This document shows, piece by piece, positions 1 to 12,125 of a stretch of 64,000 bases of DNA; within the stretch, counting starts at the first letter, position 1; each line of letters starts with the position of its first letter. Source of the stretch: Glycera tridactyla. Its lineage: Eukaryota. The position numbers and the translations under genes are program-made. The stretch lies in contig OZ286463.1 of the NCBI GenBank assembly GCA_965644265.1, positions 97,216,001 through 97,280,000 on the forward strand, written 5' to 3'. A model generated the notes under the pieces. The model was not told the DNA's origin, searched no databases, and saw only the letters and a program-made list of their open reading frames with translations.

Positions 1-439
1 GATGAATGCTCCAATGCCGTTCTAGAATTGTATCTTAGAATCTCGACGAATTACACCGAGAATTCGATAATATCAATAACTACTGTACGGTGAATAACTG
101 AATCACTGTAGACATCGTTTAATGACTGACAATCCTCCCTTGGTCGCGGAGAATAAAGTGAGCAGTGACATTACTCCACCCTACAGCACTCCTCATACCC
201 ATCATTCAAAACTTGACTTTGTACGCATCATTCCTCGTACAACTTTAAGGATTACTAGCAGATCAGAGCGCTTCTGATTTCAACGCGATATTCTATTATT
301 TTGCATCTTCTCAGCAGTGGAAATGTAAATATGTTCCATATGTGCAGAATAATGTCCTCTCGCATGTGTTGGTCTTGATAAGCTGCATCCGCTCTGGACA
401 TTGCGAAACCCTGTTGCTCTGGTCTCGTATCCTCAGAAA

Positions 440-1130
440 CAAAATGAATTGGTCAATGGCAAATATCATCGACAACTGAATTAGGCCACCGTGATCTGCA
501 GACTTTCTGCGAATAGTCATTGTCTTCCACTGTTTGTTCAATACTTCTATGTGCAGTATCGTATTTAAGATGTCAAGGCACATGCGATGATCAGTAGTTC
601 AGACTCTGCAACTATGTACTCTTGGAGATTGTAGCCTGTGAAATTAACTTGCACCTGTCATTCTGGAATTTTGGTCGTGTGGTTAAGGAGAAATGGTGAA
701 CACCAATTGCACGGACTACAGGAACCATGATGAGATGGAACACTATCATATCCGGTGATAGAAATATCATAATGCTGTAGGTAATTGTCACGCGTCTCAT
801 GTGCGCGTACCATCTCGGCTATATCGAGACTCCACATTTATTTCTACATAAGATGACCAGAAATATTCCAGATTGACAACTCACACATATAAGTGGATTG
901 AAGTAGCCACACTTTCACACTACTAATCAATTATTTGGATGATGTGGGATGGATACAGGTACAGAGTTGTATTACTCTCGACCTGAAGCAAGGCTCACAT
1001 ACATCAATACCGAAGCTATATATAGAGACATTTCATAAGATCCGCACTGCATTAACGGTGATGTCAGCCACCGGCTACAGGCCATTAGCCTCTCAAGATT
1101 CTCACATGTGAGACATTCACACAGCTCATC
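440..1130 (+). mobile_element. Heavily degenerate Ty3/Gypsy pol relic (RNase H end and integrase)
   Basis: Manual translation across stops and frameshifts gives motif remnants in the expected order: QLHG (~LHxGH), AVGNCHA (~VxxCxxC), HLGY (~HIDY), THTYKWIEV (~DAHSKWxEV), MDTGTE (~SDNGxQF) and ATGYRP (~TTGxSP). No intact ORF; boundaries are approximate. Confidence 0.4.
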
Positions 1131-1639
1131 ATTGCCATACATGATATCAAAGTTATGGTGTCATTAGTAAGTACTTCGAAGTTTTCGCTCATGCAACTAC
1201 GAGCTGATAAGTGTTCACAATCAAAGAGGGACATACACACTTGCATGCATTAACACACAAACCCAGGAATGCACATGCACGAACATAAACCCATGAACAA
1301 CACACGANNNNNNNNNNNNNNNNNNNNNNNNNNNNNNNNNNNNNNNNNNNNNNNNNNNNNNNNNNNNNNNNNNNNNNNNNNNNNNNNNNNNNNNNNNNNN
1401 NNNNNNNNNNNNNNNNNNNNNNNNNNNNNNNNNNNNNNTGAATCTATCTCTGCCGCTGGCTGGGCACCTAACCTCGATCATCACTAAACTACATTCACAC
1501 ACGCAAATCAGGACCACATGCAAGAAATCACCAAAATATGCAATCGAATTTACAATCAAATTGGCAACAATGATGCCGATAATCAGGTTGTCGGGGTTAT
1601 GAATTCAGTGCGATGGACTACAATCGGATAGATTGTGCT

Positions 1640-3100
1640 GAAAGTGACATGTCGGATCCAATAAACTTGTGGACCAGGATGCCGTATATTCCCAGAAGCA
1701 TCTCGGGAGTTTCAGCCAATCGCATGAGTTGTGGGAGGCAATGCTAGAAAGACAGCAGACCTCTTCCAGGGAAATAAAATTGAGAGATTGACTTCGACAG
1801 ATGCATCGATCAATATCAAGGATCATGACGAGATGACAATCGGCATTCGCATTCACCCAAGCTACAAATTCAGACCCGTGCCAAACAGATCTGACACAAG
1901 TGCAGAAGTGACACATTTCTATAGGAAGGTATCTAATGGCTACATGCAAGAAAATGATATGGCAGGATCTTAGAACCCATCCATATGAGACTTCAGATTC
2001 AATAAAACAGATATTTAACTGATGGATCATTATCTCACTTTTAGGATAGATTGATAGTGGGACTGGACAAGAAATAAAGAGTCACTACCCACGTGACCAA
2101 TCTTCCGATAGGCTCATGTCTTCACACTTTTCACAATGCAGTTTCTTGTATGATAAGACAGGTCAGGATCAGCATGTTTGACAGGTCACATGTGATGTTG
2201 GTTGCACAGCTGTGTAGAATATATCAAATGCCGATCGCAGACATGTGATGAGGCTATTGGCAAACATAGAAATGAGCATTACCACTGATGAAGGCTGAGA
2301 AATGTCACCTGACAACACGTCATTGGCGATGGGGATGAGAAGAGCAGGTGGCCAAGGACAGATTAGATGGGGCGATGATTGTGGGAAGGCAAGGCAGAAT
2401 GGCTCAATTAGGACAAATGTCGAATAAGCGCTCGAGTTTACCCTTATTATCTGCGTGAAAAATCATTGCAATTACACTGCCGGCATGGCTTGGCTAGTAG
2501 GACAGACATCGCTCGATTTCTCCAAGACGAATCCAGATGTTGCTGGTACATTTCGGTCCCTCAGACATGACACCTATTGGGTCAGTTATTTTTCGCAAGT
2601 ATGGACAAGGTGTGTCTGATCCAAAAGCTTATTTCACTTGGCGACTGATCCAAATATACTCAGCGTCTCTTCTTATCATCCTTGTAAAATAAAAGTAGGT
2701 ATTATCAATCAGCAGTTGTGAATTCATCCACAAAGTCGAAAGACATATTCTATAAGGCTCAAGAAGGCACTGTCCGCATTAGGTGCTGTATCTAAATCAG
2801 TCAGAAGGGGCTATCTATAAATTAGCAGGAGACGTTGTCTATGAGTCAGCACCATCGGGATTCTATTGAAGCACCATTACATCGAGGGGATCATGCGAAA
2901 CTCATTCTCCATGGCCCCAATCGAGTGTTAACATTGCTTCTCTGTCAGACAGAATTGCACCTTCCTAGATGAGTGATCAACGTGGACAGGATTCATTATT
3001 CCTGGCTGGACATGTATCATCAAACAGTTCTGCGCCTCGCACTGAGGAGGCATCATGGTGTGAAGATGACTGAGTGGACTCTCTGTATACTTCACTTCAC
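1640..3100 (+). mobile_element. Degenerate Ty3/Gypsy gag-protease relic
   Basis: EVTHFYRKV (~ERxxFYxRxQ) near 1905; ttaggatagattgatagtgggactg reads as L(R)DRLIVGL at ~2041, a typical Gypsy gag motif; CNY...DIAR zinc-knuckle remnant near 2470-2520; LGAVS (~DTGAxVS) near 2780. Many stops. Confidence 0.4.
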
Positions 3101-3193
3101 CAAGGTAAGGAATTAGTAATTGATGGACAGTGATCCTAATTGTAGATCACCTTAGCGCATGTGAACAATAGTGGTGTTGTGCCCCATCTCGGT

Positions 3194-3290
3194 CATCGGC
3201 CCATGTTGACCCGGGCCCATTGCATCGGCCCGGGTCAACCCAGGCTGCCCTGGGTTAACCTGGGCTGCCCTGGGTCAACCTGGGCCGATG
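3194..3290. repeat. GC-rich ~97-bp nested palindrome (hairpin or MITE-like)
   Basis: Outer 19-bp inverted repeat catcggcccatgttgaccc / gggtcaacctgggccgatg (1 mismatch); inner perfect 13-bp inverted repeat gttgacccgggcc / ggcccgggtcaac; two 20-bp direct repeats at 3245-3264 and 3265-3284. Confidence 0.85.
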
Positions 3291-3324
3291 CCACCCATGA
3301 TCAGGTTTGATGAAATCATCTATA

Positions 3325-3905
3325 TTATCATTGTCCTTGCCATTATCGTCATCGTCCTCATCGTCCTCATCGTCCTCATCGTCGTCGTCGTCTTCGTCGT
3401 CGTCGTCCTCCACCTCCTCCTTCTTCTCCTTCTCCCCTCCCCTCTTCCTCCTTCTTCTCCTCCTCCCATCCTTGCTCCTTTCTCTACAGCCCATGCTGGT
3501 GTTCGCTCTACATTTCACCTAAAAAAAATGAAAGAAAAAAAGAATTCGTTCACGCACTACATGGACCTCATATACGTGTTGTTGCCTGCCCTATCCATTC
3601 AATACACTGTTCATGTGACTGCCCCTACACTTGTGCATCTACCTGTCTGTCAGTCTACCTTTCTGTCAGACTGTCTGTCGGTTCGTTTGTCTGTTTGTCG
3701 ATTTGAATGTCTATTGGAATCACACAATGTGTCAGTCAGTCAGTCTTCATGTCTGCTTGACTTTTTGAGATTTGTTTGTCTATCTGCCTATTGGAATGTC
3801 CGTCTGAATATCGATTAATTGGTCAGTCATCTGTCTGTTTGTCTGTATGTGTGTGTGTGTGCGTGTATGTATATGTGTGTATGTGTGTGTGTGTACGCGC
3901 GTGTG
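3325..3905. repeat. Compound microsatellite / low-complexity block: (ATC/GTC/CTC/CTT)n followed by (CTGT)n and (GT)n
   Basis: Directly visible. Explains the poly-I/V/L/S/D ORFs at 3255-3818. Confidence 0.9.
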
Positions 3906-4184
3906 TCTACGTCATTTGTCTTGTGAAGTACAGGTGTCAGCAGTGCAGGGCAAATTCGGATAATTGGATTTACTAAGTAGTACGATCACATTCCAAGAAA
4001 CAGACATCCGCAACACTGCGTGGGTCTAGTTCGCCATCAAGGTGTGTCTAGTGGGATGGGAGGGACGAGATTTGTGTGACAACCAAGACGGGCCGCAGTC
4101 TCCAGTTGTTTGCATCTCCAAAGTCATCATCGCCAGGGGAACTAGAAAACACATTTTCCAGACATGAGAAAGATTGACTCGCCT

Positions 4185-4640
4185 AATTCAAGATTGGGGA
4201 TGCACTGATTGTTCCAGCTGGGCACATAAGAAACTTTAAGATTATATTTGATGATAATCTGACCATGGATGAAGAAAGAATTACAAATCTGTAGGAAAGG
4301 ATGTATCCATATTTACCTATCCTATGAAGCCTTGAAGACAGGTGTACATTCACTTATTACATCCTGTATAGATAATGGCAGTGCTCTGATTTTGGCCAGC
4401 GGGTGTGGGAACTCTCACCAAGCAGGATCACATTAACCCAGTGTTTGAACAACTCAACCGGCTGCAAGTAGAGCAGATAATTATCTATGAGATCTGTCTT
4501 TGATGTACAGAGTCCAACACAACTTAGCCCTAAAATATCTCAGCAATCTGATAGAACCATATATTTGGCAAGAAGTTCATCATGATGAAATGATCAAGGG
4601 CTTGTTGAAGTCCGTCATACCAGAACACTAAATATGCAGG
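4185..4640 (+). mobile_element. L2-type LINE ORF2 3' relic
   Basis: IGDALIVPAGHIRNFKIIFDDNLTM (~VRNLGVIFDxxLTM), VHSLITSCIDNG (~VHAxITSRLDY), KQDHINPVFEQLNRLQVEQIIIYEI (~DHITPVLxxLHWLP) and HNLALKYLSNLIEPY, with frameshifts and deletions. Confidence 0.75.
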
Positions 4641-5329
4641 CCCCAAACTGATGATCAACTCATTTCAAGAGCATGGAGAGCAATATCTGATACTCACACG
4701 TGATCAGGGTGATGCATCTGTATGGAGATGAGATTGAAATTCTGATGTTGTTCACAATACTGATCGCAGGCATTAATTACAATCATAATTGAGTAGAGCA
4801 CTGGCAGAGTATGCAGCAGAGTAGCTGGGGGCAAGCAGTCAGACCATCATGCAATGATATTAGGAACGTTTAGCAAGGATTAGGGGCATACCACAGACTA
4901 CCATGTTAGTGGTGAGGTAGGTGCGCACACTCCAGTTCTCAACTAAGCAGCGCTGTTTACAACATCGGGCAGGGCTTCTGCTTGGATGGGGACCGGCGTG
5001 GACTAGGTTAACTATTCGGACCTTCACCATTACACAGATCTTAAATTTTGCTAGCATGCTCTCATGCTGTGAAAACCATGCATTTCCTGAAAGGCGACTC
5101 AAATCACCGGTGTTGTACATATGTGTCTATCTATCCAGCCTGAAACCTGTATAGAGGTGAATCGACATGGATTCTTACTGAATATCACTCATGTGATAAA
5201 ATGTACTGTATTGTATTACCACATGGCCCGCAGATAATATTTGTCGATTTTATCCTGTCATATTCTTGTGAGTTTTTCATGTGACTGCCAAGTTATTCAG
5301 TGACCTGCCTATACAACACTTTGTGTGAC

Positions 5330-6400
5330 CAAATACGGCCTCGCGATATATAACAAACTCTAACTTCTACTCAGGCCTACACCATTTACACATTCTTAGT
5401 GATTTTAAGTATGGAACATCAAGGGCTCTAGGGGCATTCTCTTGCTGGAGAATCATACGGGACATTCCTTGGACAACCTACAAGCAACTGTTTTGGCCTG
5501 TCCGTGATCTTAATTTGGCACTCGCATTCATGCCACATAGGACATAAGTAAAAAGCAGAATACCGACTGCATGACCACGTGGTAAATGGGGAATGTTCGC
5601 TTTTCAGAACGGTCGAATGTGTGTGAGAGCCAAGCGTCTGGCTGTGACCTTTTTGAGTACATATTCACAATAGGCCTCAAACGAGAGATTATCATCCAGT
5701 ATTATACCCAGGTATTTATATCGGCTCAGGCGAGTAATATCAACACCTTGGAGGGATAGATTCTGTGCTCGTACCTTGCTTGTCTGTGGTCAGCTTCCAA
5801 AAAACATAAAAGCTGAATTCTTGAGATTCAATGACAGCTTCATGAAGGCGAACCTTTTATGTAGATTGACGAGATCCTATCTTAATTTGGTGAGTATCTT
5901 TTTCTCATTGTTACCACTTGAACATATGGCAGTATCATCTGCATGAAGATAGCAGGAAGTAGTACTTGATATTTCTGGCAGACGCTTAACATAGAGCACA
6001 GATAGAAAGGAACCCAAGATGGAGCCTTGGGGTACCCCGTGTGTAATCGATGGGTTGTCTGATAGGACATTTTCAATTTTTACCCATTGGGTCCGATCAC
6101 CGAGGTAGGATTCAAACCAATCCCTGGCCGAGTTTCTAAATCCTTCCACAGTGAGGCACTGCACCAATCGTTGATGATCGACCATATCAAATGCCTTTTT
6201 TCAGATCCAGGAAGAGGACTCCGGTGCGACACGCCTGGTCAGCTTCCTGATAGATGTTATCAAGAAAGCTGGCCAGGCACGCCATACGGGTGTGAGAGGC
6301 TATGTGATTGCTTGCCAACAAACATCAAAGAGGCGGTCACTGCCAGTCAACACCATAAAGAGTACATTTGAACATATGTCATGCTCGACTGGTAAAATTA
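5330..6400 (-). mobile_element. CR1/L2-group LINE reverse-transcriptase fragment (pseudogenised)
   Basis: LDL-KAFDMVDH, WFESYLGDRTQWV, GVPQGSILG, LHADDTAI (YADD equivalent), KLSLN and RYKYLGIILDDNLSF, with frameshifts and stops. ORF 5877-6185 is part of it. Confidence 0.9.
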
Positions 6401-8429
6401 TGCTAAGACTTTCTTGTAAGATGTCATTGATCTCCACCTCCCCATTGAAGTACCTTACTACCACCAAATGTTATGCAACATGACTTTCGTTTGTTACCCT
6501 ATTATAAACGCCAATATTGTACATGAGAGATGGAGATGAGAGATATGAGATGGAGACTCCATGGACACTTTTTGAAGCCTTATTCAGTACTATCCTGAGA
6601 AATAAATATATTTGGCTGCACATCTCGTCTGGAGTCCCGTGTCTTGAAAATCCGAATGAGTCACTCTCTGCCACAAGACACATATCGTGATGAATAATCT
6701 CTTAGAAAATAGATGAATTCGAATCGTCACTGGCGCGTAGTCTTCCAATCTATCATTTTGACAGTTTTCTGAAATCAACAGAAGACAATGCACCAATACT
6801 AGCAAAAAAATTAAATCACCCATTTTCACCGTTCATACAGCAGTCTCAGAGTGACAACTTTTCCTAATGTCCATGTTGGTATCGTCTTTCTCAACATACT
6901 TCCGTGTGAGAAATCGAAAAGTGAATGAAACCGACTGTAGAGATGTCGACATTGGAGGGTTCCATGCGCACATTTTCTCCCGCTCAGAAATTGTTTTGCA
7001 CCATTGGTTGTTCAAGGCGTCGATTGACGGCAAGGCTAACTTCGTAGTTCCAAGTTCACAAATGGTTGATGAATAGTGGGTTCAGAATTATATTGAGTTT
7101 GACTTCCCTCTCTCGTAATTTAGAAGTAAAATTCGGCAAACGAAAAGTCACTGTCTTGAAAATGCAATTGGTCATCAATTCATTTCTGTCCTCTATATAG
7201 TGATATCGGTGCATATCATTTTATTTCTGATCAAGTTATTACTTGCAATCAACGTCTCAGGAGTTATTAGTTGACTTCAGCACAACAACACCACAAGCAC
7301 AAACAACATCATCAATTCTTCTGAGAAAGCACGCTTCCTACCAGCGCCGCCATGACAACCATTACCAATACAGTATGACAATTATCACTCCGAATATAGC
7401 CCAAATAGCACCAGCACCCACATCATGCGTGTTCAAATGCTTCCTTACCATATACTCAGCGTATGGGTATCATAAAAGCATCTTTTGATACATATTTGGA
7501 CATGTAAGCGGAGTGACCATGTATGATTCTGCCTTTGAGATAGGAGCGTTGTTGACCTGGCCACACTCAGTGGTGTCACCCTCGCAACCTCGGGCAACCA
7601 AGGAGCGACACGGGAGCACCCGCACGATAACCTTCTGATTTAATGAAGGAGTATAAGCAGGCGGTAATAGTGTTCACCGTCTAATAACTGGCCCAATATG
7701 AGCCGATGCTTGATTTATAGGCCAGCTAGAAGGTGCCTTATGTCCTGACTTGAGAATTATGATGTCATTATGAGCCCGACTCTCACACCCCCGCAACCAT
7801 CCATCACAGACCAGCTATTTTCAGTAATTCCAAAATGCTCGCGAGCATGGTGATTCGCATCCAACATCAAGATATGTGCATTTCTCCTAATTCACACGAT
7901 GTGATATACACGAGAGAATTAGTAAGTGCTCTTTTCTGGATGATCGAATGTGACTCACCCAAATCGATCATTACCAACCCTCACTATTCTGGCGTCAAAA
8001 TGACGTCAACAAAGTATTATGACGAAGTATAACGTAATAATTTGTTTGATCGTTGTCTTGAGAGCAACAGTGTTCGAATGATACGCTTTCTTTTGGATAG
8101 CACAGATGTGAGAGGAATGTTCAACTGAATGAACGAGAGAAGTAATTTTTGATAATTTCATGTTCAAAACAGGTTCAGCATAATAACATGCGATGTGTAG
8201 CGAGAGATGAACTTCACTGTCAAATTCTCTCGGTTCCTGCCTGAAGATGGCAGCAGTAATGAGTCCGATCGAAATCGGATCAAAGGATAAACACGCACAG
8301 GTGACACCTCGCTCTCTGATTACTCCCATGTCATCTGTGAAAGTTTCAAACAACATTCCATTCCAATTATTGAGAACATGTCGAAAGAAGTATCTATTCG
8401 CACAAGTACCCAGATATGATTCATTCTCT

Positions 8430-8700
8430 CTTTATTCATTCATTCATTTATCATATTTTGGATTATGTATACATTCTGTAATTTATCCATTTGTTCATCA
8501 TTTGATGAATAGATGACGGGATGAAATAATGTTTTATCAATTGATTGATTTGTGTATTTATTCATTAATTCATTGATTCATTCACTCATACAATTATTTG
8601 TTCATTCATTCATTCACTCGTTTAGTCATTTCTTATTCTTTTCATTCATTCATCTATTCATTAATTCATCTATTCATTTATATGTTCATTTCCTCATCTA
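8430..8700. repeat. Degenerate (ATTC)n microsatellite region
   Basis: Repeated attc/ttca motifs. Confidence 0.75.
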
Positions 8701-8874
8701 TTGACATATATTTTGTACGAAAACAGAGGAGCTTGGATTGGTCTCATCCAGAATCATGTCCTATTAACCCAAAATCTGGATCGTCAGCACAGGAGGAATT
8801 TGTCACCATCAGCGTGCGTGATCGAGTACCGGCTGATATCCGAGTGAACAAGCCTTTTTTGGAAGGAACAGAAG

Positions 8875-10357
8875 GATGGTCTCCCAACATCATTAGATGT
8901 GATGGGTCACCGCAAGGATGACATTGAATGACAGATATCCAACTTGAGATGGGTCTGCCAGCATCATCATCAGATGTGATGGGTTACAGGGAGGATGGCA
9001 TTGAATGACAGATAGCTAACTGGGATGGGTCTGCCAGCATCATCAGATGTGATCGGTCAAAGTGAGGATGACATTCAATGACAGATGGCTAACTTGAGAT
9101 GGGTCTGTCCGCATCGTCAGATGTGATGGGTTACCGCAAGGATGACATTGAGTGACAGATGGCTAACTTGAGATGGGTCTGCCCGCATCGTCAGATGTGA
9201 TGGGTTAAAGTGGAGATGACCTCGAATGACAGATGGCTAACATGAGATGGGTCTGCCAGCATCATCAGATGTGATGGGTTACATGGAGGATGACATTGAA
9301 TGACAGATGGCTAACTTGAGATGGGTCTGCCAGCATTGTCAGATGTGATGGGTTACCGCGAGGATGACATTCAGTGACAGATTGCTAACTTCAGATGGGT
9401 CTGCCAACATCATCAGATGTGACAGGTTAAAGTGAGGATGGCATTCAATGACAGATGGCTAACTTGAGATGGGTCTGCCAACATCATCAGATGTGACGGG
9501 TTAAAGTGGGGATGACATTGAATGACAGATGGCTAACTTGAGATGGGTCTTTCAGCATTGTCAGATGTGACGGGTTAAAGTGAGGATGACATTGAATTAC
9601 AGATGGCTAACTTGAGATTGGTCTGCCAGCATCATCAGATGTGATGGGTTAAAGTGAGGATGACATTGAATGACAGATGGCTACCTTGAGATGGGTCTGC
9701 CAGCATCATCAGATGTGATGGGTTAAAGTGAGGATGACATTCAATGACAGATGGCTAACTTGAGATGGGTCTGCCAACATCATCAGATGTGACGGGTTAA
9801 AGTGGGGATGACATTGAATGACAGATGGCTAACTTGAGATGGGTCTGCCAACATCATCAGATGTGACGGGTTAAAGTGAGGATGACATTGAATGACAAAT
9901 GGCTAACTTGAGATGGGTCTGCCAACATCATCAGATGTGACGGGTTAAAGTGAGGATGACATTGAATGACAGATGGCTAACTTGAGGTGGGTCTGCCAGC
10001 ATTGTCAGATGTGACGGGTTAAAGTGGGGATGACTTTGAATGACAGATGGCTAACTTGAGGTGGGTCTGCCAGCATTGTCAGATGTGACGGGTTAAAGTG
10101 AGGATGACATTGAATGACAGATGGCTAACTTGAGGTGGGTCTGCCAGCATTGTCAGATGTGACGGGTTAAAGCGAGGATGACATTGAATGACAGATGGCT
10201 AACTTGAGGTGGGTCTGCCAGCATTGTCAGATGTGATAGGGTAATGCGAGGATGACATTGAACGGCAGACAGATGACCAACTTGAGATGGGTCTGCCAGC
10301 ATCATCAGATGTGATGGGTTAAAGTGTGGATGACATTCAATGATGGCTAACTTGAGA
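8875..10357. repeat. 74-bp minisatellite, about 20 copies
   Basis: Consensus gatgacattgaatgacagatggctaacttgagatgggtctgccagcatcatcagatgtgatgggttaaagtgag; period 74 (tgacatt at 9661 and 9735); edge copies are degenerate. Confidence 0.97.
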
Positions 10358-11804
10358 TTCCCATCTCAGCTACCACTTGACCCCGGGAACAGCGAAAGGG
10401 AGGGAACCAGGAAGTGATACATTATGCATATTCCTCAGTCTCCATCAGCTTGCTGACCTGCTCTATTGTGCCAGGTTATTATGAGGTGAGCTCACGTGGG
10501 AGTGATATAGGTGAGAGTTTTATGACCGGAACCAGTGTAAGTTGTCGACATGTTAGAGACAAGCTGGACGAGTGATTGCCCCTGTATTGTCCGCCAAGAA
10601 GGATCATCTGGTATGGAGTGGCCACTGCTGTACGAGAGACAGGAAGGTGAGAATAGAGAACCCAGAATGAAAGATGATTGGCCCGGGCAGAAGCATGTGA
10701 TTTACCTTGCCCAAGAGTCGTTAGTGCTTCTATAATATGAGCGATAATGAAGGATAATTCTGGCCAATCGAGTCACTAGAGGGCTCTCGGTCAGTTGCAG
10801 ATTACCATCCACCTTGTTGGCCGTGGCGTAAAACAGACCCCGCATCAGACCTTTCAGACAATATGATCGCCTAGAGTATGGATAATCTCCATCATTTTCC
10901 CTAAATTGAAATCAGCCAATGACATTGATCCTCTTCTTTGCCCTTGTAATTTATATGAACACCTCACGAAAGATCTATTGTTCTCCTGGAAGACCAGATG
11001 TCCCGATATCAAGTCCGAAAATTGGATCGAAAGTAGTTCTTCAATTTGATATATAAACACCATTATCTGTTATGGAACAAATAGAGGTATTCAAAAAGAT
11101 AAGTTGCTAGGTGCCCCGTCCATATTAACTATTAGGTTATACACTGGTTTTCTGAGTCATGGTAGAGTGTGGGATGGCAAAGGATTTCTCCAAAAACAAC
11201 TAGTTCCATTCCAAGACTCCATAAAAGATCCAAAGCGCCTTGGATAGATACACAAGTGCGTACTTGTCGAAATATATGCTAATCGATTTCAGGGTTCTTG
11301 AGAAATTAACAATCTGGTACTGCATCTTGGCCAGCGAGAAGCATCAACATTCCAGGTGCTTTCCCCTGAAATAGTACACTGGCGAGCTCATCTCCGGGAT
11401 GACACTTTCAAACGTTTTGTCGGCAAACCGAATGACATCGTCTAACTTTCTTGACTGTTGAAAGTGTGTTCACATTTGTGACTGAAGGGCACACGGTCGT
11501 TCCCTTACATCTGAAGCATGTGTCAGTTTTGGGATCGATTATGGTTAACGCGAGGTTATCCCTGATTCAATTATGGGTGAAGTATAGCTGAGTGCAGTTT
11601 TGGACATTCCTACATGGTTAGGATATGAATGAGAGATGGTTTTGCTGAGGTTGATCTGTGGTAGATGCCGGCAGTCTTGACTGGTTTCAGTCATGTGGAT
11701 ACCACCCGTGACCCACCTCAAACTGCTTTCAAACTTCGGGACAGCTGCGAGACAGCTGCGTTGAGGCATCTATGTATGCTGTACTTAATGCACTTTCATA
11801 CATA

Positions 11805-11869
11805 CCTCCTCCCCCTCCTCCCCCTTCCCCTCCATCTCCTCCTCCTCCTCCTCCTCCTCCTCCTCCTCC

Positions 11870-11900
<31 letters not shown>

Positions 11901-11901
11901 T
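11805..11901. repeat. (CTC)n(ATC)n compound microsatellite
   Basis: Directly visible. Confidence 0.95.
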
Positions 11902-12055
11902 CAGCACAACACCGGTTTCACTAGCCTTTATAGGCAAATGGTCTTTATAGAGGAGTCATTCACTGTTTAAAATACTGCAGTGGCCGCAGCTGGGGTGGGC
12001 CTGATAGAGAGATGTCTCTATAGATTGTTAGTTTCCAGAGCAGGTTCGGCTGTAT

Positions 12056-12125
12056 ACATCTGACTGAAGGCGATAGGACACCATAGAATGTGTATGACAT
12101 AACCCCATCGTTCAATCTGTCTCTA
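12056..12125 (-). repeat. Short dispersed repeat; inverted copy of 54227-54296
   Basis: Its reverse complement, ...gggttatgtcatacacattctatggtgtcctatcgccttcagtcagat, matches ...gagttatgtcatacacattcgacggtgtcctatcgccttcagtccgat at ~54236-54285. The ORF track shows MSYTFYGVLSPSVR versus MSYTFDGVLSPSVR. Confidence 0.8.

Noticed and set aside
3255-3818. Membrane-protein-like and acidic ORFs
   Set aside because: They are translations of trinucleotide microsatellites. The same applies to ORFs at 11665, 13543-14149, 14617-14878 and 45198.
6590-6829. Signal-peptide-like ORF (MGDLIFLLVLVHCLLL...)
   Set aside because: Short, with no recognisable mature domain or splice support; compatible with chance.
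8875-10357. CRISPR-like array, or retrozyme-like tandem hammerheads (the minus strand has CTGATGA in each unit)
   Set aside because: Units are contiguous near-identical monomers with no unique spacers, and CTGATGA is not followed by a stem II plus GAAA.
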